Positions 27,563 to 28,797 of a stretch of DNA of 28,797 bases are shown piece after piece (the stretch's first letter is position 1; each line of letters opens with the position of its first letter). The notes under the pieces were generated by a model. The model was given only the letters and a program-made list of their open reading frames with translations. It was not told the DNA's origin and did not search any database. A program made the position numbers and the translations under genes. Where the stretch lies: IMG/VR virus record IMGVR_UViG_3300011338_000644, positions 1 to 28,797 of that record, one strand, 5' to 3'. The stretch is from a virus. Lineage: Duplodnaviria > Caudoviricetes.

Positions 27563-28332
27563 TAAATAAAAACATCAAGCATTCTTACAACAGAATTCTA
27601 GAAATTTCTGATGACCACAAACAGATTACATTACCCGATTCCAGATATTATAGACGCAATGCCAATTATTATCCATCAGTTACATATGTTTTAAGTATGT
27701 ATCCAAAAGGTAAATTTTTTGAAGATTGGTTAAAAAAAGTAGGTTACGCTTCTGAGTACATTGTTAAAAAAGCTGCTGAAGAAGGTACACAAACACACGA
27801 AATGATTGAGGAATACTTAGAAGGTAAAGAAATGAATTTCCTTAGTCCTGCTGGTTACCCACAATATAACCCTGATGTATGGCAAATGTTTTTACGTTTT
27901 GTTGACTTCTGGGAAACTTATAATCCTAAATTAATTGAATCTGAAGTACATTTATTTTCAGATGAATTAAAAGTAGCAGGTACTTGCGATATGTTATGTG
28001 AAATTGATGGTAAACTATGGTTAATTGATTATAAAACATCTAACCATGTTCAAACTACTTACGAATTACAAACAGCAGTTTATGGCCAGTGCTATAAAGA
28101 ATGTTATGGTAAAGAAGTTGATAACTTTGGTATATTATGGTTAAAATCATCTAAACGCAAACCAGCTAAAGATAAAATGCAAGGTAAAAATTGGGAAATG
28201 GTATTACCAACTCGTACACAAGAAGAAAATCTAGACATATTCAGAACTGTGCGCCGTTTATTTGATCTTGAACATCCTAACGATGCTCCTGTATTTACTG
28301 AATTTAAGACTACAGTAAAGAGAGAGCTGTAA
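27559..28332 (+). CDS. PD-(D/E)XK family exonuclease (RecB/Cas4-like)
   Basis: YPSVTYVL, GTQTHEMIE, AGTCD, LIDYKTS, LQTAVY. Confidence 0.88.
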   Translation: MINKNIKHSYNRILEISDDHKQITLPDSRYYRRNANYYPSVTYVLSMYPKGKFFEDWLKKVGYASEYIVKKAAEEGTQTHEMIEEYLEGKEMNFLSPAGYPQYNPDVWQMFLRFVDFWETYNPKLIESEVHLFSDELKVAGTCDMLCEIDGKLWLIDYKTSNHVQTTYELQTAVYGQCYKECYGKEVDNFGILWLKSSKRKPAKDKMQGKNWEMVLPTRTQEENLDIFRTVRRLFDLEHPNDAPVFTEFKTTVKREL

Positions 28333-28340
28333 TATTTATA
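28332..28340 (+). promoter_or_regulatory. Putative late promoter ATATTTATA (second ATATTTAT at 28349-28356)
   Basis: Recurring intergenic motif. Confidence 0.5.
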
Positions 28341-28354
28341 TCAAACGTATATTT

Positions 28355-28797
28355 ATGATTTCTCTAGTTCATTTATTAACAGAAGCATCATCTGCACCTA
28401 AAGCTATATTTTTAGCAGGTCCCGCTGGCTCTGGTAAGTCATATATATCTAAACAATTAATACCTCCTTCATTTAATGTTATTAATATCGATGATTCTTA
28501 TGAAGAATTATTAAAAGCATCAGGTATAGGCATGTCTCAAAAAGATTTTGGTCCTGAAGAATTATCTCAGGCCGCTAAATTAATGGGACAAGCACAAAAA
28601 ATTACTAGAGAAAAATATGCTGAGTTAACTAAAGATCTAAAAGATGTAGTAGTTGATGGTACAGGAGGTGCAAGTAAACCATTACTTAAGAAAAAAGCAG
28701 AACTAGAAGCGTTAGGATATGATACATTAATGTTAGCATTATATGTTTCGCCTATTACTTCATTAGAACGCAATTTACAACGTGATAGAAACTTGTT
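28355..28797 (+). CDS. P-loop kinase, zeta-toxin/AAA_33-like (partial, runs off the window; absent from the ORF track)
   Basis: Hand translation MISLVHLLTEASSAPKAIFLAGPAGSGKSYI..VINIDD..VVVDGTG..SLERNLQRDR, no stop before the window end. Confidence 0.85.
   Translation, partial: MISLVHLLTEASSAPKAIFLAGPAGSGKSYISKQLIPPSFNVINIDDSYEELLKASGIGMSQKDFGPEELSQAAKLMGQAQKITREKYAELTKDLKDVVVDGTGGASKPLLKKKAELEALGYDTLMLALYVSPITSLERNLQRDRNL

Noticed and set aside
27559-28332. Cas4 of a CRISPR system
   Set aside because: No four-Cys Fe-S pattern, array or other cas genes; typical phage exonuclease beside primase
26731-28773. Minus-strand ORFs at 26731 and 28567
   Set aside because: Antisense to the primase and to the + strand kinase starting at 28355
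308-28797. Stop-codon reassignment as in some large Bacteroidota phages
   Set aside because: Standard code gives dense full-length ORFs; TAA, TGA (3605, 4843, 27562) and TAG (9709, 26592) all end genes at sensible positions

Overview
Segment of a large, AT-rich myovirus-type phage genome (standard genetic code, all credible genes on the + strand). The host is most likely a Bacteroidota, judged from a T9SS sorting domain, Bacteroidota-type promoters and mostly SD-less starts. Gene order: three tRNAs; an 8-gene cell-envelope operon (308-7358); M15 endolysin; a non-structural block with an HD hydrolase and a gp55-like sigma factor; a baseplate/tail module (spike, gp25, gp6/J, wedge, fibre proteins); GIY-YIG-like nuclease, primase, PD-(D/E)XK exonuclease; and a truncated P-loop kinase. 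The main candidate novelty is the envelope operon. It encodes a T9SS-tagged cohesin-dockerin-cohesin scaffold, a second dockerin protein with an inserted passenger domain, two CsgG-like paralogs, two paralogous beta-barrel-like proteins and two small inner-membrane proteins, so it looks like a duplicated three-part surface or export machine beside the endolysin. Also seen: two promoter classes, a hairpin over the operon start, pervasive [S/T]GS motifs in virion proteins, and a 55-bp frameshifting duplication that is probably an assembly artefact. All domain calls are by-eye motif recognition, not database searches.
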